IMG/VR virus record: IMGVR_UViG_3300031566_000014 | Span: 14,511-78,510 of that record | Length of the DNA: 64,000 nucleotides | Reading direction: 5' to 3' (one strand) | From: a virus | Shown: positions 27,616-38,068 of the stretch, in pieces | How positions within the stretch are numbered: position 1 is the stretch's first letter | How the letters are laid out: each line of letters begins with the position of its first letter | Program-made: the position numbers and the translations under genes | The notes under the pieces: model-generated | The model's input: the letters and a program-made list of their open reading frames with translations, nothing else | What the model was told of the DNA's origin: nothing | Databases searched by the model: none

Positions 27616-28833
27616 ATGCGTGCCGAGTTTGCGGCGAAGATGATGTGGCTTGAGCCTGAAATCATCAAGCGGCGAAAGGGAAGGACAGCGGTTATCACGG
27701 CGGAAGGCCGTGGCGAGGTTGCCCGCGCCATCGCCACAACGGCGGCCATCCCGACGCCGAAGGGCGGCGTTGATTTCTACGTGCCATACGACGGCACGGC
27801 GGCGAAGCACGACATGTGCGCCAAGGCCGTCGAGGACGGGATCATCGCGCAGATGATCCCGACGCCCGACCTGCCGCGCACGATGCGGCTGACGGCGCTT
27901 CTGCGGCACTACCGCGAGGTGTGGGACATGTGCTCCGTGGTTCCCGTCTGCCACGACCCCTACGGGCACATCCACATCGCGGCGGACTACGGCGACCTGT
28001 ACTACGGCTACCCGCAAGCCAACTGGCGGCTGAAGTATCTGGGGGAGCCGTGGTGGGAAATCGCGTGGCACGCGCTCGGGGTGCCTGTGGACCCGAAGCT
28101 GCTGAAGCACGCCGCACCCGTGGGCCAGTGTTCGGCCATTGACGACGCCCTGCTGCCGCCGCCGCACCTGACGGGCAAGTGGGACGAGCGCTGCAAGGGC
28201 CAGGTGGAGAACTGGGAGAAGGTGGCGCTGCACGGGGTTCCGCGCTACGCGGTGATCTTGACGAGCGCGGGCGCTGGCAGCCAGGTCAAGTGCGCTCCGA
28301 AGGCCGTGTGGGACGCTATCGTGGGCCACTTGGGCCGACTCGGCGTGCGGTGCGTGCAGGTTGGCTTCAAGATGGACGGGCAGCCGGACGGCGACGTGAT
28401 CGACCGCCGGGGTACGCGGCTTCCGCTTGTGAACCGTCTGCTTCAGGGTGCTCTCTGCTGCATCGCCAACGAGGGCTTCCTGCACTACATGGCCTATGGC
28501 TTGCAGGTGCCCGCCGTAGCGCTCTACGGCCCGACGCCCATAGACGCCTACGGCTTGCCTGGGCATCTGCCGCTGATCCGTGGCGACGGCAAGGGGCACG
28601 CGGCCTGCCCGATGGGGACGTGCTTCTGGACGGCGCGCGAGAACTGGGGCCACGAGTGCATGATGGCAGGCGCCTACACCAGGGATGAGCAGGGCAATGA
28701 GCATCTCGTGAACCCGTGCGACAAGGTGTGCATCAACATGTCTGAGCCGGACGCTGCGGCGGGTGCCGTTGGGGAGTTCGTCATGGCCCTGATGGGCAAG
28801 TTCAAGGGCCGCGAGGAGGATGGGAAGGCATGA
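27616..28833 (+). CDS. glycosyltransferase, GT9 (heptosyltransferase-like)
   Basis: VQVG, IDRRGT.L, IANEGFLHYMA...VPAVALYGPT. Confidence 0.8.
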   Translation: MRAEFAAKMMWLEPEIIKRRKGRTAVITAEGRGEVARAIATTAAIPTPKGGVDFYVPYDGTAAKHDMCAKAVEDGIIAQMIPTPDLPRTMRLTALLRHYREVWDMCSVVPVCHDPYGHIHIAADYGDLYYGYPQANWRLKYLGEPWWEIAWHALGVPVDPKLLKHAAPVGQCSAIDDALLPPPHLTGKWDERCKGQVENWEKVALHGVPRYAVILTSAGAGSQVKCAPKAVWDAIVGHLGRLGVRCVQVGFKMDGQPDGDVIDRRGTRLPLVNRLLQGALCCIANEGFLHYMAYGLQVPAVALYGPTPIDAYGLPGHLPLIRGDGKGHAACPMGTCFWTARENWGHECMMAGAYTRDEQGNEHLVNPCDKVCINMSEPDAAAGAVGEFVMALMGKFKGREEDGKA

Positions 28834-29129
28834 AGCCTGACCTGCCGGACATGGCGATAGAGGACGCGGCGCGCAGGGCGCTTGGCCTGCCGCCTATCGA
28901 GCGCCTAGCCATGCCTCCCGCCATTCTGCCCGACGCCGAGACGCAGCGTGAGAACCCGTGCGCCGGCTGCGAAATGGAGCAGCGAAACCTCCCGCAGTGC
29001 CAGCGCGACGCCGCCCACTGCATCTACGGCATGGGCAACAACCATCGCGGCTACTGGAACGGGCAGCTTCACAAGACGGCGCGCGGCAGGCGCAAGCCCG
29101 ATGCGGACGGCCATGAAGAACGGACATAG
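28830..29129 (+). CDS. small Cys-containing hypothetical protein
   Basis: Coupled ORF, CAGC. Confidence 0.5.
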   Translation: MKPDLPDMAIEDAARRALGLPPIERLAMPPAILPDAETQRENPCAGCEMEQRNLPQCQRDAAHCIYGMGNNHRGYWNGQLHKTARGRRKPDADGHEERT

Positions 29130-29132
29130 CGC

Positions 29133-30011
29133 ATGCCAACGCGGCGGGAACGAATCGCACAACGGCGGCAGGGCCGGAAAGGCGGGCACCTCGTCGTTGG
29201 CAAAGTGGTTGCCGAGTTCGGCTGGGAGTTGATGAGCATTGGCCCGTTGCGGTATTACGTGCACCAGCACGGCTTTGACAAGGTAACGGTTTGCACGAGG
29301 CCGGGCCGCGAGGCGCTGTACGCCGACTTCGCCACGGAGTTCAAGCCGCACGACATCCAGTGCGAGAGCGCCCTCATGTCGGGTTACAAATTGGTGGACG
29401 GGAACCGTGTGGACTTGCCTGTTGAACGCCCGCGGATTCCCAACGCCGACGACTGGTATCGTCCGCAGACGTACAACGGAGGGCGTGCTGAATGGCGCGT
29501 CTACGGCGAAATGCGCGCAGAGCGGCTTGGCGTGACCGTGTTCCACGCTAGGAATCGCCCGCACTGCCCTGAGCGGAATTGGCCGGTGAAGAATTGGACT
29601 GCCCTAGCCGATAATCTGCGGAAGGCAAGTCTTGCGGAGAAGATCGTGTGCATCGGCACGCCAGAGGCGGCGGCGATGGTCCCTGGCTGTGATGATGCTC
29701 GTTCTGTTTCGTTGGCGGGCCAGATGGACATTTTACATTCGGCAGCCTATGCAGTGGGTGTGTCGAGCGGGCCGATGCACTTGGCGCAGCATTGCAAGTG
29801 CCCTGTGGTGGTGTGGTGTGGTGGAGGGGCAGGTGAACAGGCGAATACGCAGCGCCGGTATAAAGAGGCGTGGAATCCTTTTCTTGTGCCATTCATCGCC
29901 GTTCGGGAGGGTTCATGGCAGCCGCTTGTGAATGACGTTGTTGATTGGACAACGCAGTTTGGCGCCATGCTCAGTGCGCTAGAGGAGAATGTGGCTATAG
30001 ATGAACAATGA
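29133..30011 (+). CDS. glycosyltransferase, GT9-like
   Basis: AEFGWELM, RNWP...W, VGVSSGPMHLA..C.CP. Confidence 0.8.
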   Translation: MPTRRERIAQRRQGRKGGHLVVGKVVAEFGWELMSIGPLRYYVHQHGFDKVTVCTRPGREALYADFATEFKPHDIQCESALMSGYKLVDGNRVDLPVERPRIPNADDWYRPQTYNGGRAEWRVYGEMRAERLGVTVFHARNRPHCPERNWPVKNWTALADNLRKASLAEKIVCIGTPEAAAMVPGCDDARSVSLAGQMDILHSAAYAVGVSSGPMHLAQHCKCPVVVWCGGGAGEQANTQRRYKEAWNPFLVPFIAVREGSWQPLVNDVVDWTTQFGAMLSALEENVAIDEQ

Positions 30012-30675
30012 AACCCCAAGGTGCTACCTGACGCTTCGTTGCAATCTCAAGTGTTCCTACTGCTCCAACGGCCCGAGGCTGGCGGCCTACAAGGAGATGA
30101 GCGCCTGTGAGTGGGACCAGATTCTCCACTGCCTGCCGGGCAAAGAGGTGGTGTTCACCGGCGGCGAGCCGACGCTCTACCCCGACTTCTACGCCTTGGT
30201 CAACGGCCTGGTGCGCAGCGAGTACTACGTGAACGTCTACAGCAACTTCGCCCGGCCGCTGGACTTGGGGCGGCTGCCGCGCGGGCGCATCCACTGGCGG
30301 GCTTCGTGCCACGCCCAGACGCCAGAGGACGGCCAGGACTGGTTGAAGAACGTCGAGGCGGCGCGGAACCGTGGCGACCTCGTGACCTGCACGACCGTCC
30401 TGTGCCCCGGCGACGTGCTCGAAGTGCTGCGGCCCCACGAGGTCGTGGTGGACGCTCCGCAGGAGAAGCCCACCCCGCTGCCCGGCCCGGTGCGATGCAC
30501 GCTTCCACGCCGCCTCATCGCGCCGGACGGGCGGCGGTTCCACTGCGTGGGGAAACTGGTGAGAGCCGATCCCACGGGCGTAGTGGGGCTGAGCGACCCC
30601 TGCGATACCGTCGTGTGCCAGACGCCAGATCAGTGCGCCAAGTGTGACTTCGCAAGCCGAAAGAGCCCAATGTGA
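30001..30675 (+). CDS. radical SAM protein
   Basis: CNLKCSYC, FTGGEPTLY, VYSN. Confidence 0.9.
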   Translation: MNNETPRCYLTLRCNLKCSYCSNGPRLAAYKEMSACEWDQILHCLPGKEVVFTGGEPTLYPDFYALVNGLVRSEYYVNVYSNFARPLDLGRLPRGRIHWRASCHAQTPEDGQDWLKNVEAARNRGDLVTCTTVLCPGDVLEVLRPHEVVVDAPQEKPTPLPGPVRCTLPRRLIAPDGRRFHCVGKLVRADPTGVVGLSDPCDTVVCQTPDQCAKCDFASRKSPM

Positions 30676-31205
30676 GCGTTGAAAAGGCCGAACAGGTTGT
30701 GTCCAGCATCGTTGCCGTTGTCGGCGATCAGGCGCATTCTCAGTCGTCTGTTGCCGATGGTCTTGCCAAGCAACTCGCCGGGCGCAGGTGGAACACCATC
30801 CTTGAGATTGGGACGTTGCGCGGGCTGTCCGCTGCCGTGCTGGCGTGCTTCGCAGAGAAGGTGTTCACGATTGACGTGGAGAATACTCCAGGAAGGTCCG
30901 ATGTGTTCGGGGCACTGACGCGCGACATTCGCAATCGCATCTGCTCCATCATCGTGCCCGACAACGACGCGAAGGTGCTGCTGGTGCGGGCACTGTCCTT
31001 CGACTTCGCCTACATCGACGCGGGGCACACGGAGGGGCAGGTAGCCATCGACTTCAGTCTGACGCAGAAGTGCGGCGAGATGCTGTTCCACGATTACCCT
31101 GCGTCTGGCTCCGGGGCGAATGGGGTCTCGCTGGTGCTGGACGCCCTCACCGAGGGGAAGGTGACGGCCTGCAAGCCCTTCGCGTGGTGGAGGGCGAAGG
31201 AATGA
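30672..31205 (+). CDS. class I SAM methyltransferase (Methyltransf_24-like)
   Basis: LEIGT.RG.S, FAYIDAGH, FHDY. Confidence 0.85.
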   Translation: MSVEKAEQVVSSIVAVVGDQAHSQSSVADGLAKQLAGRRWNTILEIGTLRGLSAAVLACFAEKVFTIDVENTPGRSDVFGALTRDIRNRICSIIVPDNDAKVLLVRALSFDFAYIDAGHTEGQVAIDFSLTQKCGEMLFHDYPASGSGANGVSLVLDALTEGKVTACKPFAWWRAKE

Positions 31206-32419
31206 TCGTCCGCGTTGATGATTTCCCGCATGGCAAAGAAGGTTGCATGCAGCCGATAATGGACCATTGGGCCGTGTTATCGAGATTTCAGGATGCGGTG
31301 CGAGTTCCATTCTGTATCGGGATGATGACAGGACCGCTGTCTGACGATGAGAAGGAACGCCTACTGGCCTTTTCGGAAGACATCGAAGTCGCCTATCACG
31401 GGCACATGCACACGCACACGGATGGGGAAAAGCCCGATGAACTCAGGGCGGCGAAGCCGATGCTTGGCATAGACCCTGTATTCATCCCGCCCTACAACGC
31501 CCTCACGCAGAAGGCGGTGGATACCCTTGAGGCGGAGGGCTACCGCTACATCTGCACCGGGCCGGAGACGCCGGCTGGGTTGAAGGCGGAATTTGCCAAG
31601 TTTGTTCCGTCGAAGTTCTACGGAACAGCGAAGGAGTTCCTGGCTCACGATCCTGACCTTCGGGCGTTTGATTGCATAACCCTGCATCTGACGTGGGAGA
31701 ACAATGACGACATGCGCAGCCTGCGCGAGTTGGGCGACGTCGTTGCCGGTGACGTATTCACATGGAAGACCTTCTTTGACGCCGCGCGCTACAGGTTTCC
31801 AATAGTCCGAAAGGCGGTGGCGGACCTTGGCATGCACATGTGCCAGAAGATGACCTACGATTGGCTTTTGGACGCCGTTGACGTGCGTGGCCTGAAGGTA
31901 TTGGATTTTGGGTGTTCTGATTACCCGCTGTCGAGTTTTCTAGCCGGCCTCGGCGCCCAAGCCTGGTGGTATGACAGGGATGCTGAGGCGTGCAAGATGC
32001 AGGCCAAACGCGCCAGCCAGGCCGGCGTTGCGACGCGCATGCTTGATGCCGATGCGGGTCCATTCGACCTCATTATCTTTTCCAATACTCTCCAGCACAA
32101 CAAGGATGGCGCGCATGCGATTCTCGCATCAATGGTAGCTAGACTGAAGCCGGATGGCAGGGTGTTCATTGCGGAGAAACTGACTGGCCAAGCATCGAGG
32201 TGGGATGATGGCAGAAACGACCCATGCTGGATTCGGAACATGAAAGACCACAAGGCGCTGTGGCGAAGCGCTGGGCTTGTTCCATCCATGCGCCAACATC
32301 GGGAAGTCATAAGCTACTTGGTCTACTCATGGGAACGAGACACGGCAAACGAAGTTGGGGCGTGGACTGTTGAGACAGAAGCCGGCGAAGTGTGCGCCCT
32401 TTTGGAGCGCATCGCATGA
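31202..32419 (+). CDS. polysaccharide deacetylase-like (NodB/DUF2334) fused to class I methyltransferase
   Basis: RVDDFP, AYHGHMH, FIPPYN; C-terminal VLDFGC, NTLQH, LKPDG. Confidence 0.8.
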   Translation: MIVRVDDFPHGKEGCMQPIMDHWAVLSRFQDAVRVPFCIGMMTGPLSDDEKERLLAFSEDIEVAYHGHMHTHTDGEKPDELRAAKPMLGIDPVFIPPYNALTQKAVDTLEAEGYRYICTGPETPAGLKAEFAKFVPSKFYGTAKEFLAHDPDLRAFDCITLHLTWENNDDMRSLRELGDVVAGDVFTWKTFFDAARYRFPIVRKAVADLGMHMCQKMTYDWLLDAVDVRGLKVLDFGCSDYPLSSFLAGLGAQAWWYDRDAEACKMQAKRASQAGVATRMLDADAGPFDLIIFSNTLQHNKDGAHAILASMVARLKPDGRVFIAEKLTGQASRWDDGRNDPCWIRNMKDHKALWRSAGLVPSMRQHREVISYLVYSWERDTANEVGAWTVETEAGEVCALLERIA

Positions 32420-33402
32420 GAATCGTGTCGTGTTGTCGAGCTTATCCGACGTTCAACCCAGGCGGCATGGAAGCCGTGTGCCAAGTTCGCGCGGAAGAAT
32501 TGGTTCGCCAGGGGCACGAGGTCCATGTAGTCACCGCCGGTGGCAAGGCTGCGAGCCTCGTCCATAATGGCGTGATGCTGCACTATACCGAAGGCCCGAT
32601 GGCCAAGTATAGCCAAGCATACTCGGACGAATGCTACAAACTGGCATGTCAACTGCGGCCCGACGTGCTGCACCTAGACTCCTTCGATCAAGAGCGGTTG
32701 TGGTGGAAAGATCGGCCTGGTTCGCCGCGCCGAATCGCTATGACCTATCACGGGTTCGGGTGGCAACGTATCCTCACAGATTGGGCGATGTACCGCGATG
32801 GCGTGGATACGCATCCATGCAAGGTCGATCTGGACATGGTAGACAAGCAAGTGCGTGGCGTGAAGTCGTTCGATGTGGCGATCTCTATCAGCCTGTTCGA
32901 GCAATGGCAGATTCAGGACTTGTACGCGGTCGGGTCGCCGCTGGTCTACAACCCGATTGCCATCAGGTTCTTTGATGAACCGCCGGTTCCCGATAGACCC
33001 AAGCGTCCGTGGGTTGTGAATGGCAAGCGCTTTCCAGCAGTTGCGCAGAAAGTTGCCGAACGGGCCGGGATTCCCGTGATTCCCCTAAGCGGAATCAGGC
33101 CCGAGGACATGCCCAAGACCTACGATGGCGCAGCAGGGCTTGTGCTGCCAACCTACTTCTATATTGGGTTTGACTTGATGGTAGCTGAATCGCTTGCTCG
33201 CCGCCGGCCCGTCGTGACGTTCGCGCTAGGAAGTTACTACTGGGCTGCCCGCATCTTTGAGGGCATTCATGCCGTGCTTCCCGGCGACATTGAAGCCATG
33301 GGTGAGATGATATCGTCAGATCTGCCGCCTGTGCCTTCCGGGGTTGTCGATCAGTTTCGCCCAGAGCGGCATGTCAAGAACTGGGTGGAGGCCGTGCAAT
33401 GA
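32416..33402 (+). CDS. glycosyltransferase GT4
   Basis: YP...GGME...L...GHEVHVVT; GFDLMVAESLA..RPVV. Confidence 0.85.
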   Translation: MRIVSCCRAYPTFNPGGMEAVCQVRAEELVRQGHEVHVVTAGGKAASLVHNGVMLHYTEGPMAKYSQAYSDECYKLACQLRPDVLHLDSFDQERLWWKDRPGSPRRIAMTYHGFGWQRILTDWAMYRDGVDTHPCKVDLDMVDKQVRGVKSFDVAISISLFEQWQIQDLYAVGSPLVYNPIAIRFFDEPPVPDRPKRPWVVNGKRFPAVAQKVAERAGIPVIPLSGIRPEDMPKTYDGAAGLVLPTYFYIGFDLMVAESLARRRPVVTFALGSYYWAARIFEGIHAVLPGDIEAMGEMISSDLPPVPSGVVDQFRPERHVKNWVEAVQ

Positions 33403-33962
33403 GTTCAGCGAAGAACTGGGAGTTCCCTCATCGGATGTTGGCGTGCTATAGCCTGCTGCCTTGGGTCAACGAAGATTTCCCGCCATTGGTGCTCGATGCC
33501 TGCACGGCCTACGTGGACCCTCGATGTAAGCGCATTGCGGAGGAGCGCGGTTACAGGTTGCAGGGTTGCGACATCACTGCTGGGGACAAACTGATTGACC
33601 TTGTGGACATCCAGCGTCTTCCCTACAAGGCTAGCCAATTCCGTGGTGTCGTGAGTTCGGACACGCTTGAGCATGTTCCCGACATGGACGTGGCTCTCCA
33701 CGAGTTGCATCGCGTCACCGAGCCTGGCGGGTTTCTCGTCTTGTGTCTGCCTGTGTGCTTTCTGCCTGACGGCACAAAGCGCAAGAACACGGAAAAGGCG
33801 GCGCCGAATCATCCTGCGCATCATTTGTGGAATCCTGGCATGGACATGGAGGCTCGCGTGATCAAGGTTGGCTACAGCCTTGTGGCTCGTCTTGAATGCG
33901 TTCGATGGGACAAGATGAAGACCTCGGCAATCTGGCTCATGGAGAAGCCGGTCACATCCTGA
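33399..33962 (+). CDS. class I methyltransferase (Methyltransf_11-like)
   Basis: DIQRLPY, TLEHVPD, ELHRVTEPGG. Confidence 0.8.
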   Translation: MSSAKNWEFPHRMLACYSLLPWVNEDFPPLVLDACTAYVDPRCKRIAEERGYRLQGCDITAGDKLIDLVDIQRLPYKASQFRGVVSSDTLEHVPDMDVALHELHRVTEPGGFLVLCLPVCFLPDGTKRKNTEKAAPNHPAHHLWNPGMDMEARVIKVGYSLVARLECVRWDKMKTSAIWLMEKPVTS

Positions 33963-33976
33963 TTGGAGGCCGTCCA

Positions 33977-34588
33977 GTGACCTTCGATGAGATGTTCGCC
34001 ATCTGCAAGCCGCACAGCGTCGTGAATCGTGAACGGATGATGGGCCTCTACGGAGCGGTGTGCCATGTTGACAAGCTGGGCATTCCTGGCGACATCGTTG
34101 AATGTGGATGTTTCAGAGGTGGCACTGCCGCGATGATGGCGCTCGCCAACGACTTCAAGCGCCACGTCTGGCTCTTTGACTCATGGGAGGGCATGCCGCC
34201 GCCTACCGCTGACGACCCGCCAGATGCGATGCATGGCACGAGCGGGTGTCGCGTGGATTGGGTGGAGGTCGTTAGCTTCCTTACGAGCGTCGGTGTGCTG
34301 CGCAACGGCACGATGGTAAAGGGCTGGTACAAGGACACCTTTCCAACGCACAAGATCAAGCAGATTGCCGTCCTGCATGTGGATTGCGACTGGCATGACA
34401 GCGTGAAACTCTCTCTTGAGACCTTTTACGATCTCGTATCGCCCGGCGGTGTCATTCAGATTGACGACTACGGTCACTGGTCTGGAGCACGCAAGGCGGT
34501 AGATGACTTCTTCAGGGCGCGCGCCATTGACCCGTGCTTGCACCCTCTGGACTACACCGGAGCTCAACACATCAAGGCGACCGCATGA
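33977..34588 (+). CDS. TylF/MycF/NovP-family sugar O-methyltransferase
   Basis: GDIVECGCFRGG, FDSWEGMP, KGWYKDT, LHVDCDW, IDDYGHW.GARKAVD. Confidence 0.9.
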   Translation: MTFDEMFAICKPHSVVNRERMMGLYGAVCHVDKLGIPGDIVECGCFRGGTAAMMALANDFKRHVWLFDSWEGMPPPTADDPPDAMHGTSGCRVDWVEVVSFLTSVGVLRNGTMVKGWYKDTFPTHKIKQIAVLHVDCDWHDSVKLSLETFYDLVSPGGVIQIDDYGHWSGARKAVDDFFRARAIDPCLHPLDYTGAQHIKATA

Positions 34589-35214
34589 CGCGCACAGACT
34601 ACAGCCAGTGGGGCGAGCAGCAGATCATCCTCGACTTCTTCGGGGGCAAGGTCGGGCGCTTCCTCGACCTCGGTGCCTTCGACGGGTTGACGGGCAGCAA
34701 TGTGCGGGCGCTGGCTGAGGATGGCTGGTCGGGACTGTGCGTGGAGGCCAGCGCGATGACCTTCCCCTCGCTCCTTGAGAACATGGCCGAGTTCCACCGA
34801 GTCCAGTTGGTCAACGCGGCCGTCATGCCGCGCGCGGAGATCGTTCGTCTCTATGAGACCGGAAGCCAGATTTCCACCTGCATGCCGGGGCACAACGTCG
34901 GCAAGTGGGTGAAGGCATCCTACTGGGTGCCTGGGATCACGCCTGAGCAGATCGCGGAGACGTTCGGCGGGAACTTCGATTTCGTGTCCATCGACATAGA
35001 GGGCATGGAGCTTCCGCTACTGTCCGCGATGGGGTCCACCCTCATCGAAGCCCAACTGGTCTGCGTGGAGGAGCGGATTCACAACGCACCGCGCGACGCG
35101 AGGTACGGCGACGCTCTCCTGGCGGCTCTGGCGCGGCACGGTTTTGTCCGCCAACTCGCCCGAACCAATCAGGGCAGCGGCAATCTCCTGTATGCCAAAG
35201 AAAAGGCGGTGTAG
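34585..35214 (+). CDS. FkbM-family methyltransferase
   Basis: YSQ.GEQ, LDLGAFDG...SN, GWSGLCVEA, SIDIEG.E. Confidence 0.85.
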   Translation: MTRTDYSQWGEQQIILDFFGGKVGRFLDLGAFDGLTGSNVRALAEDGWSGLCVEASAMTFPSLLENMAEFHRVQLVNAAVMPRAEIVRLYETGSQISTCMPGHNVGKWVKASYWVPGITPEQIAETFGGNFDFVSIDIEGMELPLLSAMGSTLIEAQLVCVEERIHNAPRDARYGDALLAALARHGFVRQLARTNQGSGNLLYAKEKAV

Positions 35215-35218
35215 CGCA

Positions 35219-36052
35219 ATGATCTTCGCAGGGCCATGGCTGGGCGAGTTCGGCGTCTATTTGGGCTGGATTGCAGGTGTTCGCTATCATGCGCAGCTTA
35301 CTCGTGTTCCTGTGACGGTGTGCGCTCGTCGTGGCTGGGAGTATCTCAGCGAGGATTTTCACGGTGATTACATTCCGCATAGCTTCGGCGGAATTGCCGT
35401 GGGGTCTGGTGTCAGATGTGGCACCGGGCCATCGAATGAGGCTGTCGCCGCTCTCATTCCGGCGGATGCCGACGTATTCGCTCCGGTTCACACCTTCATG
35501 TTCGGCAACGTCTATGCCGAGCCTGTTGGCGACAAGCAGTTGTGGATCAAGTATGGGCGCACAATCTCTGGATGTGGCAATACCATCCTGTTTCATGCTC
35601 GCGCCAGGCAGGAATGGGGCGTCGCGCGTAACTGGCCTCAGCATAAGTGGGACGAGTTGGCGGATCGCTTCTCTTGTGGGCCGTGGCAACTTGTCTCCGT
35701 TGGCACGCGGACAGCTTCCTTGCGGGTATCTGGTACAGAAGACCTGCGCGGCATACCGCTGCATGAGTTGGCAAACATTACGCGGTCATCTGCTCTGGCT
35801 GTTGGCCCATCAAGCGGCTACATACACTTTGCGGCGTTGTGTTGCTGTCCGCACGTACTCTGGTTTGGAGGAGACGACGGCTCACCATCGCAGGAGAATG
35901 ACGAGGTCAAGATGCGCGTTCTGAATGAACGCTATCGAAGCGCGTGGAACCCATGGAACACTCCGGTCCACGTTATCGCTCAATCGGACTGGCAACCGAG
36001 CATTCCTCGTGTAGCAGCCGGCGTCCTATCCATGCTTACCGTGAGCGCATGA
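35219..36052 (+). CDS. glycosyltransferase, GT9-like (paralog of 29133)
   Basis: GPWLGEFG, RNWP..KW, VGPSSG.IHFAALC.CP. Confidence 0.8.
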   Translation: MIFAGPWLGEFGVYLGWIAGVRYHAQLTRVPVTVCARRGWEYLSEDFHGDYIPHSFGGIAVGSGVRCGTGPSNEAVAALIPADADVFAPVHTFMFGNVYAEPVGDKQLWIKYGRTISGCGNTILFHARARQEWGVARNWPQHKWDELADRFSCGPWQLVSVGTRTASLRVSGTEDLRGIPLHELANITRSSALAVGPSSGYIHFAALCCCPHVLWFGGDDGSPSQENDEVKMRVLNERYRSAWNPWNTPVHVIAQSDWQPSIPRVAAGVLSMLTVSA

Positions 36053-36091
36053 CCAATGGGTAAATGATGCAACCAACCGAGGGGCGCTCAG

Positions 36092-37123
36092 TTGAGCGCG
36101 AATGACAGACGGCTTGAACGCATAAGCCGCAAACGGCAAGAGAGGAAGCAAATGCCATATCCTCTGCGCGATGATACTCTATCGGGGATGCTGGGCATAC
36201 CAGCGGCGATACCAGACAAAGGGCTGTCTCCACATGCAGTGCATGAGTCCAGCGCTGCGACGCCGGTTGTCGCTCCGCTTCGATTATTCTCAATGCGTGA
36301 CCGCCGCCTCGAAGCGACGCGAGCGCTCGCCCGTGGACCGCTGCCCAACGAACGACCACCGCAAGGCCCAGGCGCATTCAGACCATCCTTCATGTCCAGC
36401 AAGACAATGGAAGGAATTGGGATAGGGATCATCACCTATTATGGTCTGGAAGACGTGCAGAAGGCCATTGATAGCATCTATGCAAATGGAGGGGAGAAGT
36501 ACCACGTCGTTATCTTCGACAATACCGAGGACCAGAGCATTGGGGACTGGGTGATTGCCAATGCTCCTCTGGTGAAGTACATTCACAGCCCGCAGAACGT
36601 AGGTTGCTCGAACGCGCGCAACCGCCTTGCCGAAGTGTTCGCTGCCCTTGGTATCAGGCATTTCATCATCCAGGACCAGGACGTGGAGTGGCTTATTGAC
36701 CCTGTACCTGAAATGCTGAAAGTGTTCACCGATTACCCAGACACCGGTCAGGTAACGGTACCACTCGCGATCCGGCAAATGCAAAGTGCTGACCCGGATT
36801 CGTGGGATGAATCTGGACTGCTGAAACTGCCTGAGACGCCTGGCATGTGCTGCATGTACAGCCTCGATTGCGTGGCTGGCATCGGCGGGTGGGAACCCAC
36901 GATGTTCATGTTTCTGTTCGACACGCTGTTCAGCCTTCGGGCGAACCATGCTGGCTACAAGATTCGTACCATTCTGAATGAAGGCGACGTGGTAAAGCAC
37001 GAACGCCGTGGTTCTGGCACAGGCAGGTATCCGCTCAAGATTCAGGAGCAGATGTGGTCTCGGCGGCGCTTCCGCGAAGTGATGGAGGCAGAAGGTATCC
37101 CTGCACCGTCCCGGTTCACGTAG
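36092..37123 (+). CDS. glycosyltransferase GT2 with ~100-aa low-complexity N-terminal extension
   Basis: IGIITY, VIFDN, NVG.SNARN, QDQD. Confidence 0.8.
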   Translation: MSANDRRLERISRKRQERKQMPYPLRDDTLSGMLGIPAAIPDKGLSPHAVHESSAATPVVAPLRLFSMRDRRLEATRALARGPLPNERPPQGPGAFRPSFMSSKTMEGIGIGIITYYGLEDVQKAIDSIYANGGEKYHVVIFDNTEDQSIGDWVIANAPLVKYIHSPQNVGCSNARNRLAEVFAALGIRHFIIQDQDVEWLIDPVPEMLKVFTDYPDTGQVTVPLAIRQMQSADPDSWDESGLLKLPETPGMCCMYSLDCVAGIGGWEPTMFMFLFDTLFSLRANHAGYKIRTILNEGDVVKHERRGSGTGRYPLKIQEQMWSRRRFREVMEAEGIPAPSRFT

Positions 37124-37136
37124 GTAGGATGCGATA

Positions 37137-37745
37137 GTGGGCACACCTGTCTGGAATCGTACCGGCGTGCCCACGCTGCGCTACTACTGGCGCCTGCTGC
37201 GCAACATTGCGAGCGTCGTCCTGCCGCGCAAGATCATCCTGATCGGCGATGGCGCCGTCAAGGAAGCGGAGCGCATCGTGTCCGGGTTCTCATTCCGGCC
37301 CAAGCGCTGCCCCAGGCCCAGCGATGTGCCACGGATTCTCGTCTTCTGCTCACGCGCCAGAGACTACGCGGAGGGCAATAGGGAGGTTGGCCGAAGCCCT
37401 GGGGTGTACCGAAGGGAGCGGCGCATCAACATCCGCTACATCGACATGCCGTGGCACGAGGCGATCCGCGAGTTGGTGGTTCCGCCGGTGAAGGATTCGC
37501 CTCACTGGGTTCCGTTTGTGGCTGGCGCGGTATTCCTGTTCGCGGACGGCGACTCGGCGCGGGCGCTGAGACGATTCAAGCTGATGAAGCCGCTGCTGGG
37601 CGACGGCACTCTGATTGTCGTCCCGCGCATCCAGGAGGAGGCGCAAGCCGAGACCGTGGAGATGCTGGGACGCCTGGGGTATGCCGGCATCACATTGGGC
37701 GCGGTCGCTATGATGCGACGCGAAGCTGAAAGGGGCAGGGGATGA
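37137..37745 (+). CDS. hypothetical protein, possible degenerate methyltransferase
   Basis: FLFADGD...LLGDGTLIVV resembles the C-terminal half of class I MTases. Confidence 0.5.
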   Translation: MGTPVWNRTGVPTLRYYWRLLRNIASVVLPRKIILIGDGAVKEAERIVSGFSFRPKRCPRPSDVPRILVFCSRARDYAEGNREVGRSPGVYRRERRINIRYIDMPWHEAIRELVVPPVKDSPHWVPFVAGAVFLFADGDSARALRRFKLMKPLLGDGTLIVVPRIQEEAQAETVEMLGRLGYAGITLGAVAMMRREAERGRG

Positions 37746-37987
37746 CAGATGCTCACTGCGAGAAGGCCCGGCGCCGCTGCCAGGGAATCATCGGCACCAT
37801 CCTGCTTCTCCTGTGGACGGCGCTGGGCGTCCTGCTCTGGCGCGGTGTGGCAACCGAGACAGCGGTTGCCTCTGGCAAGGCCACGCGCGAGGCGCAGTAC
37901 GAAAGTATCAAGGGATCGCTCGAAGAAATCAAGAGGTCTCTGGCGCACCTGAAGCGCAGCGACCTTCGCGCGGAGCCAAGCCCATGA
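37742..37987 (+). CDS. single-TM coiled-coil protein (holin-associated)
   Basis: One hydrophobic helix followed by coiled coil. Confidence 0.6.
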   Translation: MTDAHCEKARRRCQGIIGTILLLLWTALGVLLWRGVATETAVASGKATREAQYESIKGSLEEIKRSLAHLKRSDLRAEPSP

Positions 37988-38068
37988 GCATCCCCACCGT
38001 CGGCCCCTGCTCGGAACGCCTGCTCGCTGGGCGGCTCAAGTTCCCTGACCCTGAGAAGGAGATGTGAC

